Below, one piece after another: positions 18,252 to 26,966 of a DNA stretch of 32,000 bases; the stretch's first letter is position 1, and each line of letters begins with the position of its first letter. The position numbers and the translations under genes were made by a program. This DNA is from Puniceicoccales bacterium (GTDB lineage: Bacteria; Verrucomicrobiota; Verrucomicrobiia; Opitutales; JAIRLG01). Below the pieces are notes generated by a model that was given only the letters and a program-made list of their open reading frames with translations, made no database searches and had not been told where the DNA came from. Location of the stretch: the NCBI GenBank assembly GCA_031288595.1, contig JAITRB010000016.1:64281-96280 (forward strand), given 5' to 3'.

Positions 18252-18989
18252 TCAAAGGCTATTTTGTCTCACATACTTGGAACAGAAGCTGGCCAGGTGT
18301 TGGCCGAGCTGCTCCGTGGCTTTCTCCAGGGCGCTTACAAGCTCTTCCCACGCAGTTTCCTGTTTCGAAGCGATATCCACCTTTTCATCCAGGGCGAAGG
18401 AATAGCTGCATTCTGGGGTCAGGCGGATGCGAGAAGCCCTGTCCTTCCCTTTCAGGCCCATCGATACTTCTCCCCGAGTGACGACCCTCTGCTGTGCTAA
18501 ATCCAACTTCAGCTCTTCGAGGGACAGTTTTACTCTGAGCGTCTGGGAGAGGATGGGGGATTCTTGTCCCTCGCCCTTGCCTGAATCCGCTACAACGGGA
18601 TCGGCAAGTGTCTGTCGGTATGCTTCCGCCACGGCCCTCCGGAGCTGGGGTCGGACGATACGGGCGATTCCTTCCTCGACCGGTTCGGCCCAGCGATGGA
18701 ATTCGTCGAATTCCATCTCATGTCCAGAACGCTGCCGCATGAGCTGAGGTTTTCGGAGATAGTTGGGCAGGGAAATGACCTGAAAATCGACCGCGATGGC
18801 CTCGGCTTTCAAAGCTGGGGAATCCTCCTGTCCCTGAACTTCTTCCTGGGATTTTTCCGGATAGTGGGCGATGCCGAGGGCGTAGAATTGCGACCTATCC
18901 CGAACAGGAGTTACGAGGCAGCCGGAGAGGAGGGTGGAGAGGAGGCCCAAGAGGCCGAGGCGCGGCGAGAGGCTGTTAAAGGGCTTCAT
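18252..18989 (-). CDS. Lipoprotein, probable ABC-transport auxiliary component (PqiC/YmbA-like)
   Basis: Signal peptide ending in the lipobox LLSGC. Its size and position right after the MCE gene fit the auxiliary lipoprotein of MCE systems. No strong sequence motif was recognised. Confidence 0.6.
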   Translation of the reverse strand: MKPFNSLSPRLGLLGLLSTLLSGCLVTPVRDRSQFYALGIAHYPEKSQEEVQGQEDSPALKAEAIAVDFQVISLPNYLRKPQLMRQRSGHEMEFDEFHRWAEPVEEGIARIVRPQLRRAVAEAYRQTLADPVVADSGKGEGQESPILSQTLRVKLSLEELKLDLAQQRVVTRGEVSMGLKGKDRASRIRLTPECSYSFALDEKVDIASKQETAWEELVSALEKATEQLGQHLASFCSKYVRQNSL

Positions 18990-19019
18990 GACGAAAAGTT
19001 TCTAGGACTGTTAAAATTT

Positions 19020-20054
19020 CTAGGGCTGTTTCCCTGCCAAAATGGCATTGGGATTGCGCTCGAAGTAGTCGATGAGAGACTGCAGCTGGCAGATCATGTC
19101 GGAGACATGCTTTAGGGTGCGGACGAATTCCCGCTGCAGGGGCATGTCTTCGTCGCAGAGGGAGGCAACACCGCTTCGAATTTCTTCTATCAGGCCGAAA
19201 ATCTGTGCCGCGATCCGCCGGAAATCGTCCTTCAGCTCCGGAAAGAGGGCATTCAGCATCTTGAAAGCCTGGGAGCTCTGGACAAAGGTATCTCGCAGGG
19301 CAACCAGTCCTTGCTGCAGCGCCTCCGAGCGGACGAGCTCGGTGGCAGAACGGGAAAATTCGCGGAAGGATTGCGCCATCTGCGTGATCGCCTCCATGTC
19401 CGTCCCCTGAATTTTCTCGTCGAGGTGCTGGATACAGTCCTCTACGTGCTCCAGCAAGAGCGGTAGGTTGATGTGGGATACCTGGCGCAGGAAGCGGTCG
19501 ATGTCGGAGTAGACCGTGGGGATTTGCGGCCATTTTTTCTCGCCGCTGGCCTGAGGAATTGGGATCAGCTGGCGGACACGCTGACTGTCGTAGTAGTCCA
19601 GTTCGATAAAAAGCTTGCCCGTCAGAAAGCTCTCCGTGCCCAGCTTGGCCGACAGACCCTTGGCGATTTGTTCCTGATAGAAATGGATCGTCTGGGCTGT
19701 GGAAGCTTTGGCTACCAGCACGCCGTCGTGCGGGTGATGCGCCTCGTGGGCCTCGCCATAGTCCAGGAAGTCGGAATCTATCTTGATGGTGATGGGGGTT
19801 TTGACCGTCGATTGCTCCGCATCGTAGCTGATGGAGATCTTTTCGACGGAACCGATGCGGACCCCGCGGAATTTTACGGGGGCACCGACCTCCAGCCCGT
19901 TGAGAGAGGTGTCGAAGCAGAGGACGAGGAAGGAATCATCTCCGCTGCTCCTCAATCCCGTCGACAGAAAGACCAAGGCTCCCAGGAAGAGACCGAGCGC
20001 CAGCAGAAAGAAAAAGCCGATCAGGGCGGCGGTGGAGGCTCGGGCGTGACTCAT
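19020..20054 (-). CDS. MCE/MlaD-family protein
   Basis: N-terminal TM helix ALIGFFFLLALGLFLGALVFL. MCE-domain-like segment LNGLEVGAPVKFRGVRIGSVEKI. Long helical C-terminal region. The start overlaps the stop of the upstream ATPase (ATGA). Confidence 0.8.
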   Translation of the reverse strand: MSHARASTAALIGFFFLLALGLFLGALVFLSTGLRSSGDDSFLVLCFDTSLNGLEVGAPVKFRGVRIGSVEKISISYDAEQSTVKTPITIKIDSDFLDYGEAHEAHHPHDGVLVAKASTAQTIHFYQEQIAKGLSAKLGTESFLTGKLFIELDYYDSQRVRQLIPIPQASGEKKWPQIPTVYSDIDRFLRQVSHINLPLLLEHVEDCIQHLDEKIQGTDMEAITQMAQSFREFSRSATELVRSEALQQGLVALRDTFVQSSQAFKMLNALFPELKDDFRRIAAQIFGLIEEIRSGVASLCDEDMPLQREFVRTLKHVSDMICQLQSLIDYFERNPNAILAGKQP

Positions 20055-20872
20055 CTCTGGTGAATAGGGGCGCCATCAGAGTGAAAACGCAGGAATTGGC
20101 GAATTTTTTCTTGCGGGGCGTGCTCGCGCAGCTCACGGGCGGGCCCATCGGCCAGAACGGACTGTGTCTCGGCATCCAGAAAGAGCACGCGGCCGTTGAT
20201 CTTGAAAATGCTCTCCAGATCATGGGTTACGATGACGAGGGTTGTCCCGAAGCTCCGGTTGACATTGAGGATCAGCTCATCGAGGTGGCGGGCGCTGATG
20301 GGGTCGAGGCCAGCCGAGGGCTCGTCGAAGAAAAGGATGCGGGGGTCGAGGGCCATCGCCCGAGCCAGTCCGGCCAATTTGCGCATGCCGCCCGAGATTT
20401 CCGATGGATAGAGGTGCTGGCTCTTCTCCAGACCCACTAGGGCGAGCTTCAGGGAGACGATGTCGGCGATGGTGTCCGGAGGGAGGGAAGTGTGCCTTTG
20501 GAGAGGCAGAGCCACGTTTTCGGCCAGGCTCATGTCGCTCCACAGGGCGCCGCCCTGGAAGAGAACACCGAACTGCTGGACCATTTGCTCGTGCTGAGGC
20601 CCATCGGCCAAGGCGAAGTCAATGCCCTGGTAGAAAATATGCCCCGCTTCGCTCGGCAGAAGCCCGATCAGATAGCGCAGCAACGTGCTTTTCCCGCAAC
20701 CGCTTCCGCCGATGATGAGGCAGATTTCTCCGGCCTGCAGCTCGAAGGAGATGTGGCGCATGACGACGCGTTCCCCGTAGCGGGTCTCCAGGTCTTTCAC
20801 CTGCAGAAAGGGAAGCGTGTGTGCTGGAGTTCTCTCTTCCGCCTTGGACATGCGGTGGCCCAGTGAGGACAA
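20051..20872 (-). CDS. ABC transporter ATP-binding protein, MlaF-like
   Basis: Walker A GGSGCGKST, signature ISGGMRKLAGLA, Walker B LFFDEPSAGLD. It is coupled to the MCE gene. An alternative start lies at Met8. Confidence 0.9.
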   Translation of the reverse strand: MSSLGHRMSKAEERTPAHTLPFLQVKDLETRYGERVVMRHISFELQAGEICLIIGGSGCGKSTLLRYLIGLLPSEAGHIFYQGIDFALADGPQHEQMVQQFGVLFQGGALWSDMSLAENVALPLQRHTSLPPDTIADIVSLKLALVGLEKSQHLYPSEISGGMRKLAGLARAMALDPRILFFDEPSAGLDPISARHLDELILNVNRSFGTTLVIVTHDLESIFKINGRVLFLDAETQSVLADGPARELREHAPQEKIRQFLRFHSDGAPIHQR

Positions 20873-20943
20873 AAAAGCTCTGATTTCAAACCAAAGCTTT
20901 TAGGAGATGAGCCGGTATCCGAGTTCCGATGGAGGAGATCTCG

Positions 20944-21043
20944 GGGCTTGGCTGTCTTTGGATCCCAAAGGGATCGGCCCGCGAAGCGGGCCGCAATAGG
21001 GGAAAGGAAAGGCCTTTCCCCTATTGCAAAGACAGCCAAGCCC
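20944..21043 (+). repeat. Cloverleaf-like intergenic repeat, copy 6
   Basis: The 17-bp perfect closing stem pairs 20944-20960 with 21027-21043. Short hairpin GATCCC-aaa-GGGATC at 20961-20975. Core GGCCCGC-gaa-GCGGGCC at 20976-20992. Long hairpin has 15-bp arms, 20993-21007 with 21013-21027. Confidence 0.8.
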
Positions 21044-21163
21044 TACACCATTCCCGCGATGACAGCCTCAAGCTGGTGGCTTCAGGCTTGTTCCCTCTTT
21101 GCCAAGAGAGGGAGACCCTCTAGGGCCTTACCGGAATGTGCAGAAATTTCCAGGGGCCGATTT

Positions 21164-22504
21164 TCACCCGACGATTTTTCCCAAGAGCACCGCGGGACTA
21201 GCGGATTCGATGCGCACGGAGATGAACTGTCCGATGAGCTCCTCGTGACCGTCGAAGATGATCTTATGGAAGCCAGGATTACGGCCCCAGAAGCGACCTT
21301 CTCCGCGGTGAGCCCTGCCTTCGACCAGCACCGATTGGGTCGTTCCGACAAGCTGTCGCTTGTGCCGCAGCGAATGCTTTTCAAGCGCTCGGAGGAGAAT
21401 CTGCTGGCGCTTGGCCTTGGTCTCTTCGGGAATTTGTTCCGGACTCAGGGCAGCCGCAGTGCCGCTCCGCGGGCTATAGCGGAAGATAAAGGCCATATCG
21501 AAGGAGATTTTTTCGAAAAAATCGAGCGTTTCGCCAAAATCCTCCTCGCTCTCGCCCGGAAAGCCGACGATGAGGTCGGTCGACAGGGCTAGGTCCGGTA
21601 CCTTCTCCTGCAGCCGGGAAACGAGCTGCTGGAACTGCTCGCGGGTGTAGAGCCGTCCCATGGCCTTCAGGATGCGGTCGGAGGCACTCTGGAGCGGCAG
21701 ATGGACGTGAGGACAGAGCTTGGAGAGGCGCCCGAAGCAGGCGATGAGGTCATGGCCGAAGTCCTTAGGGTGGGAGGATAGAAAACGGATGCGCTGGAGT
21801 CCGTCGAGGGACTGGAGCTTTTCCAGCAGTTGGACGAAGGGACTTTGGCCGTCGATGACCGGAAGAACGCCGTAGCCGTAGCGATTGACGATTTGGCCCA
21901 GCAGCGTGACCTCTTGGATCCCGTGAGAGAGGAGCTGTCGGATTTCGTCCAAAATTGCCTCCATGGGCCGGTGGCGCTCGCGGCCACGGGTTTGAGGAAC
22001 GATGCAGTAGCGGCAGCGCAGGTTACAGCCCTGCATAATCGACACGAAGGCGGAGGCCTGCCTGGGCTTCAGCTCATGAGGAAAATTTTGACCGGATAGG
22101 CTTTCTTCTCTTCCGACATCGACGAGGGGCGTCGAAGGTTTATCCCCTGGATTGCCGAAGTATCGGTCGAGGTAATCCGCGACCTGGGACAGTTTCTCAG
22201 TCCCGAGGATGAAATCGATTTCAGGCCTCTGCCGGAGCAACTCCGATCCCAGGCGTTGGGCCATGCAACCGAGAATGCCCAGAACTGTGCCGCGCCGCCT
22301 CTTCTGCGCCCGGAGAAGGCCTAATTTCCCCAGCGCTTTGGCCTCCGCCTGTTCCCGCACGCTGCAGGTGTTGAGGAGAATGACATCGGCCCCGGAGGCG
22401 TCTTCGGTGAGGGCATAGCCGCGGGACTGGAGCAGGGCGCGCAGCGCCTCGCTGTCGCGCTCGTTGGTCTGGCAACCGTAGGTCCTGACGAAAACCCGCT
22501 TCAT
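21164..22504 (-). CDS. miaB: tRNA-2-methylthio-N6-dimethylallyladenosine synthase (radical SAM methylthiotransferase)
   Basis: N-terminal MTTase motif VRTYGCQTNERDSE, radical SAM cluster CNLRCRYCIVP, and a TRAM-like C-terminus. I prefer the start at ATG 22502-22504 (MKRVFVRTYGCQ). This avoids a 47-nt overlap with lysS. Confidence 0.92.
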   Translation of the reverse strand: MKRVFVRTYGCQTNERDSEALRALLQSRGYALTEDASGADVILLNTCSVREQAEAKALGKLGLLRAQKRRRGTVLGILGCMAQRLGSELLRQRPEIDFILGTEKLSQVADYLDRYFGNPGDKPSTPLVDVGREESLSGQNFPHELKPRQASAFVSIMQGCNLRCRYCIVPQTRGRERHRPMEAILDEIRQLLSHGIQEVTLLGQIVNRYGYGVLPVIDGQSPFVQLLEKLQSLDGLQRIRFLSSHPKDFGHDLIACFGRLSKLCPHVHLPLQSASDRILKAMGRLYTREQFQQLVSRLQEKVPDLALSTDLIVGFPGESEEDFGETLDFFEKISFDMAFIFRYSPRSGTAAALSPEQIPEETKAKRQQILLRALEKHSLRHKRQLVGTTQSVLVEGRAHRGEGRFWGRNPGFHKIIFDGHEELIGQFISVRIESASPAVLLGKIVG

Positions 22505-22511
22505 GGGTAGT

Positions 22512-24023
22512 TTAGCCGGAATGGCCGAGGGGGCGCATGGGAGGGAAGAGGATGACATCGCGGATGCTCTCGGCCTCCGTCAGCAAGGCGGCCAGTCGGT
22601 CGATGCCGATACCCATGCCGCCGGCCGGAGGCATGCCGTGTTCCAGCGCCAGGAGAAAATCATGATCCAGATTTTGCTTCTCCTCGCCGACCTGGGCCTC
22701 GAAGAGCTGGCGCTGTAGCAGGGGATCGTTCTGCTCCGAATAGGCCGGAGCGATTTCCTGACCGTTGATGCAGAGCTCGAAGACGTCGAGGACGGAAGGA
22801 TCTTCTTCATTCAGCTTGGCCAATGGGCAGAGCTCTCGGGGGAGATGCGTCACGAAGGTTGGCTGGAGGAGCGTGGGCTCGATCCGTTTACTGTAGACCG
22901 CCTGGGTGATCTCGAAATCTCTCTCCTGGCCGGAGAGCTCGATGCCATTTTCGGTACAGAACTGGGCCTTCTCTTCCCTTGTTCTGGAAAACCACTGTGG
23001 GTCACAGGTGCTCTGGCAGACGAGCTCGCGGTAGCTGAATTCCTGCCATGGGCCGCCCAGCTCGATCTCGGTGCCGTCGGGTCGGCTTAGCTGCATCCGC
23101 CCCAGAATTTCCCGGCTGAGGTGCTGGATGAGAGCGCGGATGAGTTCCATCATGCCGCGGTAGTCGCTATAGGCCTGGTAGAGCTCCAGCATCGTGAACT
23201 CCGGATGGTGCTTGCGGGAAAGGCCTTCGTTGCGGAAGATGCGCCCGATTTCGAACACGCGGTCGAAGCCGGCCACCAGCAGGCGCTTGAGGTAGAGTTC
23301 CAGCGAGATGCGCAGGTAGAAGTCGCAGTCGAGGGCATTCATGTGCGTCGTGAAGGGTCGGGCGGCGGCGCCACCGGCGATGTTCTGCAGCACCGGTGTT
23401 TCCACCTCCCTGAAATCCCTAGCCCACAGGAATTGCCGGATGAGCCTGAGCATCTCGGTGCGCCGGATGGCCCGTTCCCGGGAACGAGGGTCGGCGATGA
23501 GGTCCAGATAGCGCTGGCGGCAAATCTGGTCCTCATTGACCAGGCCGTGCCACTTTTCCGGCAGGGGCCGTAGGGCCTTGGCCAAGAGCTTGAGGGCGGT
23601 GGCCCGAAGGGTGATCTCTCCAGTCTTGGTCCGGAAGAGATTTCCCTTTACGCCGACGAAATCCCCTAGGTCGTATTTTTTGAAATCCTGATAGTTCTCC
23701 TTACCGACGGTCTGTTCGGCGACGTAGACCTGGAGGCTGCCGTTCCGGTCGAGGAGCTTGATGAAACTGGCCCGGCCCATCAGCCGAAATACGGTGATCC
23801 GTCCGGCCAGCGAGACCTCCGTCTCCTCGGCTGAGCCGCCCGAGCCTTCTTCCTTTTCGAAGATTTTCAGGGCTTCTTGGCTACTGTGGGACGCTTCCCA
23901 GTTCTGGCGATAGGGGTCTTTCCCCTCCTGCCGCAGAACTCCCAACTTTGCCTTGCGGGTGGCGAAGAGGTCGTGGCTGATCGCGTGGAGAGAGGCATCG
24001 GATTCAGTATCGCTCATGGCCAT
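22512..24023 (-). CDS. lysS: Lysine--tRNA ligase (class II)
   Basis: Class II LysRS segments FEIGRIFRNEGLSRKHHPEFTMLE and GGMGIGIDRL. The start is placed at MAMSDTESD... (ATG 24021-24023), giving 503 aa. Met at 24051-24053 is an alternative. The further-upstream part of the tracked ORF reads through repeat copy 7. Confidence 0.92.
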   Translation of the reverse strand: MAMSDTESDASLHAISHDLFATRKAKLGVLRQEGKDPYRQNWEASHSSQEALKIFEKEEGSGGSAEETEVSLAGRITVFRLMGRASFIKLLDRNGSLQVYVAEQTVGKENYQDFKKYDLGDFVGVKGNLFRTKTGEITLRATALKLLAKALRPLPEKWHGLVNEDQICRQRYLDLIADPRSRERAIRRTEMLRLIRQFLWARDFREVETPVLQNIAGGAAARPFTTHMNALDCDFYLRISLELYLKRLLVAGFDRVFEIGRIFRNEGLSRKHHPEFTMLELYQAYSDYRGMMELIRALIQHLSREILGRMQLSRPDGTEIELGGPWQEFSYRELVCQSTCDPQWFSRTREEKAQFCTENGIELSGQERDFEITQAVYSKRIEPTLLQPTFVTHLPRELCPLAKLNEEDPSVLDVFELCINGQEIAPAYSEQNDPLLQRQLFEAQVGEEKQNLDHDFLLALEHGMPPAGGMGIGIDRLAALLTEAESIRDVILFPPMRPLGHSG

Positions 24024-24153
24024 GCTTTGAATGGGAGGATTGGACGGAATCATACGGCCTTGTAAATGGGAAAACACGGTGAGTTTGGGATAAATGAGCC
24101 TCTTGTCTATTTCCCGACGCCATTCGCTCGAGGATCTTGCGGGTTGTTGGGGA

Positions 24154-24263
24154 TTCCGCCGCCTTTGAAGCCCCGAAGGGGCTCTGGCCCGCGGCGCGGG
24201 CCGCGGGCCGCGCGGAATGGCGAGGCGTTTACGCCTCGCCACTCCGCGCCAAAGGCGGCGGAA
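24154..24263 (+). repeat. Cloverleaf-like intergenic repeat, copy 7
   Basis: The 14-bp closing stem pairs 24154-24167 with 24250-24263. Short hairpin AGCCCC-gaa-GGGGCT at 24169-24183. Core GGCCCGC-ggc-GCGGGCC at 24186-24202, followed by a duplicated GCGGGCC at 24203-24209. Long hairpin has 18-bp arms with one mismatch, 24210-24227 with 24232-24249. Confidence 0.8.
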
Positions 24264-24359
24264 GAAGGCCTTCCCATACCCACGACCTGGCATGCTCCAG
24301 ATCCACCGATGGGAAAAGGGCTTGAGCACTGGGATTCTTTCGCTTCCTCTAGATTTCTC

Positions 24360-24734
24360 ATGGATTATCTGGAGCATATCTTCGAGCTACAGCGGAAACT
24401 GACGGAGCGAGTACTGCCTCCCGATGCGCTGGACAGTGAGGAAAAACAAGTCCAATGGATACTGAAGTACGTCGGTGCACTGCGGCAGGAGATCGCCGAG
24501 CTGGTGGATTCCCTGCCCTGGAAGTGGTGGGCCCACTACCAAAAATTCGACCTGCAGAATGCTCGGGTGGAGCTAGTCGATGTCCTGCACTTCGTCATTT
24601 CCATCGCCCAGGCGCTGGGCATGGATGCAGAAGACCTCCACCGCCTGTTCTGCCAGAAGAACCAGAAGAACCACGAGCGGCAGGACTGCGGCTATACCCA
24701 GAAATCTTCGGATGATTCCCGGCATATCCGCTGA
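24360..24734 (+). CDS. All-alpha NTP pyrophosphohydrolase, dimeric dUTPase / MazG-like
   Basis: The 124-aa product starts at ATG 24360 (MDYLEHIFELQRKL...). The pattern E-x2-E-L-x-D-x-L-P-W-K-W-W and a later E-L-V-D-x-L-H-F resembles the dimeric dUTPase (dUTPase_2) / MazG superfamily. The upstream 98 codons of the tracked ORF cross repeat copy 7. Confidence 0.55.
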   Translation: MDYLEHIFELQRKLTERVLPPDALDSEEKQVQWILKYVGALRQEIAELVDSLPWKWWAHYQKFDLQNARVELVDVLHFVISIAQALGMDAEDLHRLFCQKNQKNHERQDCGYTQKSSDDSRHIR

Positions 24735-24789
24735 GCGGTATGCCAGAATTGGGATTGCTAATCCAGTTCGCTGTTCGAGTGAAAAGCTC

Positions 24790-25806
24790 TCAGGGTCGCC
24801 GGTAGGCGTCGTGGAGGCGCAAGAGGCCGAGAACTTCATGGTTTTCGCCATCGCGCGAAAGGACCGGCAGGACCTGGACCTGAGAAGGCCCTTCTTCCAT
24901 GAGGTCGATGGCCTCACCTAGACTGCACTCGGGGCCGATAAAGCGAAAATGCCGGCACATGATCTGCTCGGCCGTTGTCCGATCGATGTCCTGGCCCTCC
25001 TGGAGGAAGCGCCGGATGTCCCCATCGGTGATGAGGCCGATGAGCCGCTCCACTCCGTCGAGAATGAGGGCGGCTCCCAGGGGGCGTTCGGTCATGGCAA
25101 TGACGACGTGGCGCAGGGATGAATCCCTTCGCCCGTGAGCGACCGCTTTCAACGGATGCATGAGCTCCCGCACCTGCAGTAGGAGGTTGCGCCCGAGTTG
25201 GCCTGCCGGATGGATCTGCGCGAAGTCCTGTCTGGAAAAGGGATGTTCCGCCATCAGGGCACAGGCGATGGCGTCCCCGACGGCGAGGCTCAGGACTGCG
25301 CTGGTCGTCGGCACCAGACCGAGGGGATCGCCTTCCGGCCCGACGCCGGTGTCGAAGACGATGTCAGCATACCGGACGATGGGATTGTGGCTATTGCCGA
25401 GAATGGCGATGAGGGGCGAGTGGTGCTGCTTGAAAAAGGGGATGAGGCGCAGGAGCTCCTCGCTGCTGCCGCTCTTGGATAGGAGCAGAATGGGGTCACC
25501 GGCCTCGTAGATCCCGAGGTCGCCGTGAAGGGCTTCGCAGGGATGAAGGAAGACGGAGCGATGACCGGTGCTGTTGAGGGTGGCGGCGATTTTGCGCCCG
25601 ATGTGTCCCGATTTGCCGACGCCGCACACCAGGATCTTTCGTCGGGAGGATCCCAGCAAGGCCAAGGTGGCGGCCAATGGCTCTTCGATGCGCGTGAGCA
25701 GTCGATTCAAACCCTCTATTTCGCCCTGCAGGACGCATCTGCCTGCCCGAATGCCAGCGCCATTCCGCTCTGCCATGGAATCGATTCTCGTAATTTTTTG
25801 CCTCAA
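24790..25806 (-). CDS. kdsD: Arabinose-5-phosphate isomerase (KdsD/KpsF/GutQ family: SIS domain plus tandem CBS)
   Basis: SIS motif VCGVGKSGHIGRKIAATL, followed by two CBS-like repeats at the C-terminus. 338 aa, with an alternative start at Met11. Confidence 0.88.
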   Translation of the reverse strand: MRQKITRIDSMAERNGAGIRAGRCVLQGEIEGLNRLLTRIEEPLAATLALLGSSRRKILVCGVGKSGHIGRKIAATLNSTGHRSVFLHPCEALHGDLGIYEAGDPILLLSKSGSSEELLRLIPFFKQHHSPLIAILGNSHNPIVRYADIVFDTGVGPEGDPLGLVPTTSAVLSLAVGDAIACALMAEHPFSRQDFAQIHPAGQLGRNLLLQVRELMHPLKAVAHGRRDSSLRHVVIAMTERPLGAALILDGVERLIGLITDGDIRRFLQEGQDIDRTTAEQIMCRHFRFIGPECSLGEAIDLMEEGPSQVQVLPVLSRDGENHEVLGLLRLHDAYRRP

Positions 25807-25883
25807 AAGTCAAGGGCGATGCTGGATGAAAAAATTTTTGCCTAAATGGAAGTTTTTCGTAGCATGGGCGAAAACTGGCAGAT

Positions 25884-26837
25884 ATGCACCCACAGCGCAC
25901 GGGTCATCCACGGCGGGGGAGTGTTCTCCTCCTGGTCTTGGGAACGCTCTTCGTCCTGAGCCTCCTGGTGAACTCCTTCCTGAATCACGTCGAGGCGGAA
26001 GTCCTCTATCAGGATCAGCAGCAACCACCGGCCGACCTCGAGCTGGAGTGGCAGTCCTACGGCGAGCTGACCCGGGCGGTTCTGAGCGAGTTCAAGAACT
26101 GGGATAAGGGACTATTCTCGCCGAAACAGGGCTGGGGCGATCCGATCGCTTTTGCCTCATTTCCCAGACGGAAAGACCTGGAAATCCGAATCGAGATCCA
26201 GGATGAAACAGGAAAACTTCCCTGTCTGAAGTCCTACGAGTCATGGCACCGGGCGTGGATCGCCCAGTGGGTCAGGGACTGGAGCGCCGAGCGAAAGGTA
26301 CAGGAGTCCTGGAAGGCGATGCTCGAGGGGCAGCCGGTGCCCATGAAGAAAAATCCGGGGGGATTCGGTCTGGAAAAGGAAAAGGTTTTTCTGAGAACCC
26401 TGGAGGCTTTGCGCTCGGTCGATGCCTTTAGCCCTGTGTTTTTTCACGAAAAGGGCTGGGGAAACGAGACCTGGGGGGCTTTTAAGGCTCCGCTGAGCCC
26501 CGTGTCGATCGGCCCTATCAATGTCAATACAGCGGAAAATCTGAGAGAGCTCATAGCCCAGAAACAGGGTTGGGATCCGAAGGCATTGGCCGATTTCTTT
26601 CAGCGAAAGGACACTTTCCATATGGGAAATGTCGCACCCTTCTTCCGCGACCAAGGCGATTTGCGAAAACATGGTTTTCAGCTGAAGGATACTGCTTTAG
26701 TAGGGTATCAGTGCCAAATCCTACAGGTGGCCATTACCCTGAAGCGGGGAGATCTGGAGTGGATGAAAAGTTTTTGGCTCAAGGCTGACGATATCCCTGG
26801 GGAAAGCTCTCTAGGGATGGAAGCTGATGCTTTGTGA
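25884..26837 (+). CDS. GspK-like minor pseudopilin (tentative)
   Basis: 317 aa. N-terminus RRGSVLLLVLGTLFVLSLLV resembles the GspK leader/hydrophobic helix, which lacks the conserved Glu5. IEIQDETGKLPCL resembles the GspK D-E-x-G-K/R-hNhN segment. It lies immediately upstream of the L-, M- and secretin-like genes. Confidence 0.45.
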   Translation: MHPQRTGHPRRGSVLLLVLGTLFVLSLLVNSFLNHVEAEVLYQDQQQPPADLELEWQSYGELTRAVLSEFKNWDKGLFSPKQGWGDPIAFASFPRRKDLEIRIEIQDETGKLPCLKSYESWHRAWIAQWVRDWSAERKVQESWKAMLEGQPVPMKKNPGGFGLEKEKVFLRTLEALRSVDAFSPVFFHEKGWGNETWGAFKAPLSPVSIGPINVNTAENLRELIAQKQGWDPKALADFFQRKDTFHMGNVAPFFRDQGDLRKHGFQLKDTALVGYQCQILQVAITLKRGDLEWMKSFWLKADDIPGESSLGMEADAL

Positions 26838-26966
26838 AAATTCGTATCCCCTCCTGAAATCTCTCAAAAGAGGCGATAATTGTTCTTTCCTTCAGTGGAT
26901 TTATGGCTAAAATAGGAACTTGTTTTTCCAGTTCTGAAGTAGAGAGTAGGCTGAAAAAGCCATTTC

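Noticed and set aside
20948-21592. 214-aa plus-strand ORF and the 80-aa ORF 20797..21039 (-)
   Set aside because: The first starts inside repeat copy 6 and then runs antisense to miaB. The second is made mostly of the repeat. Neither has coding support.
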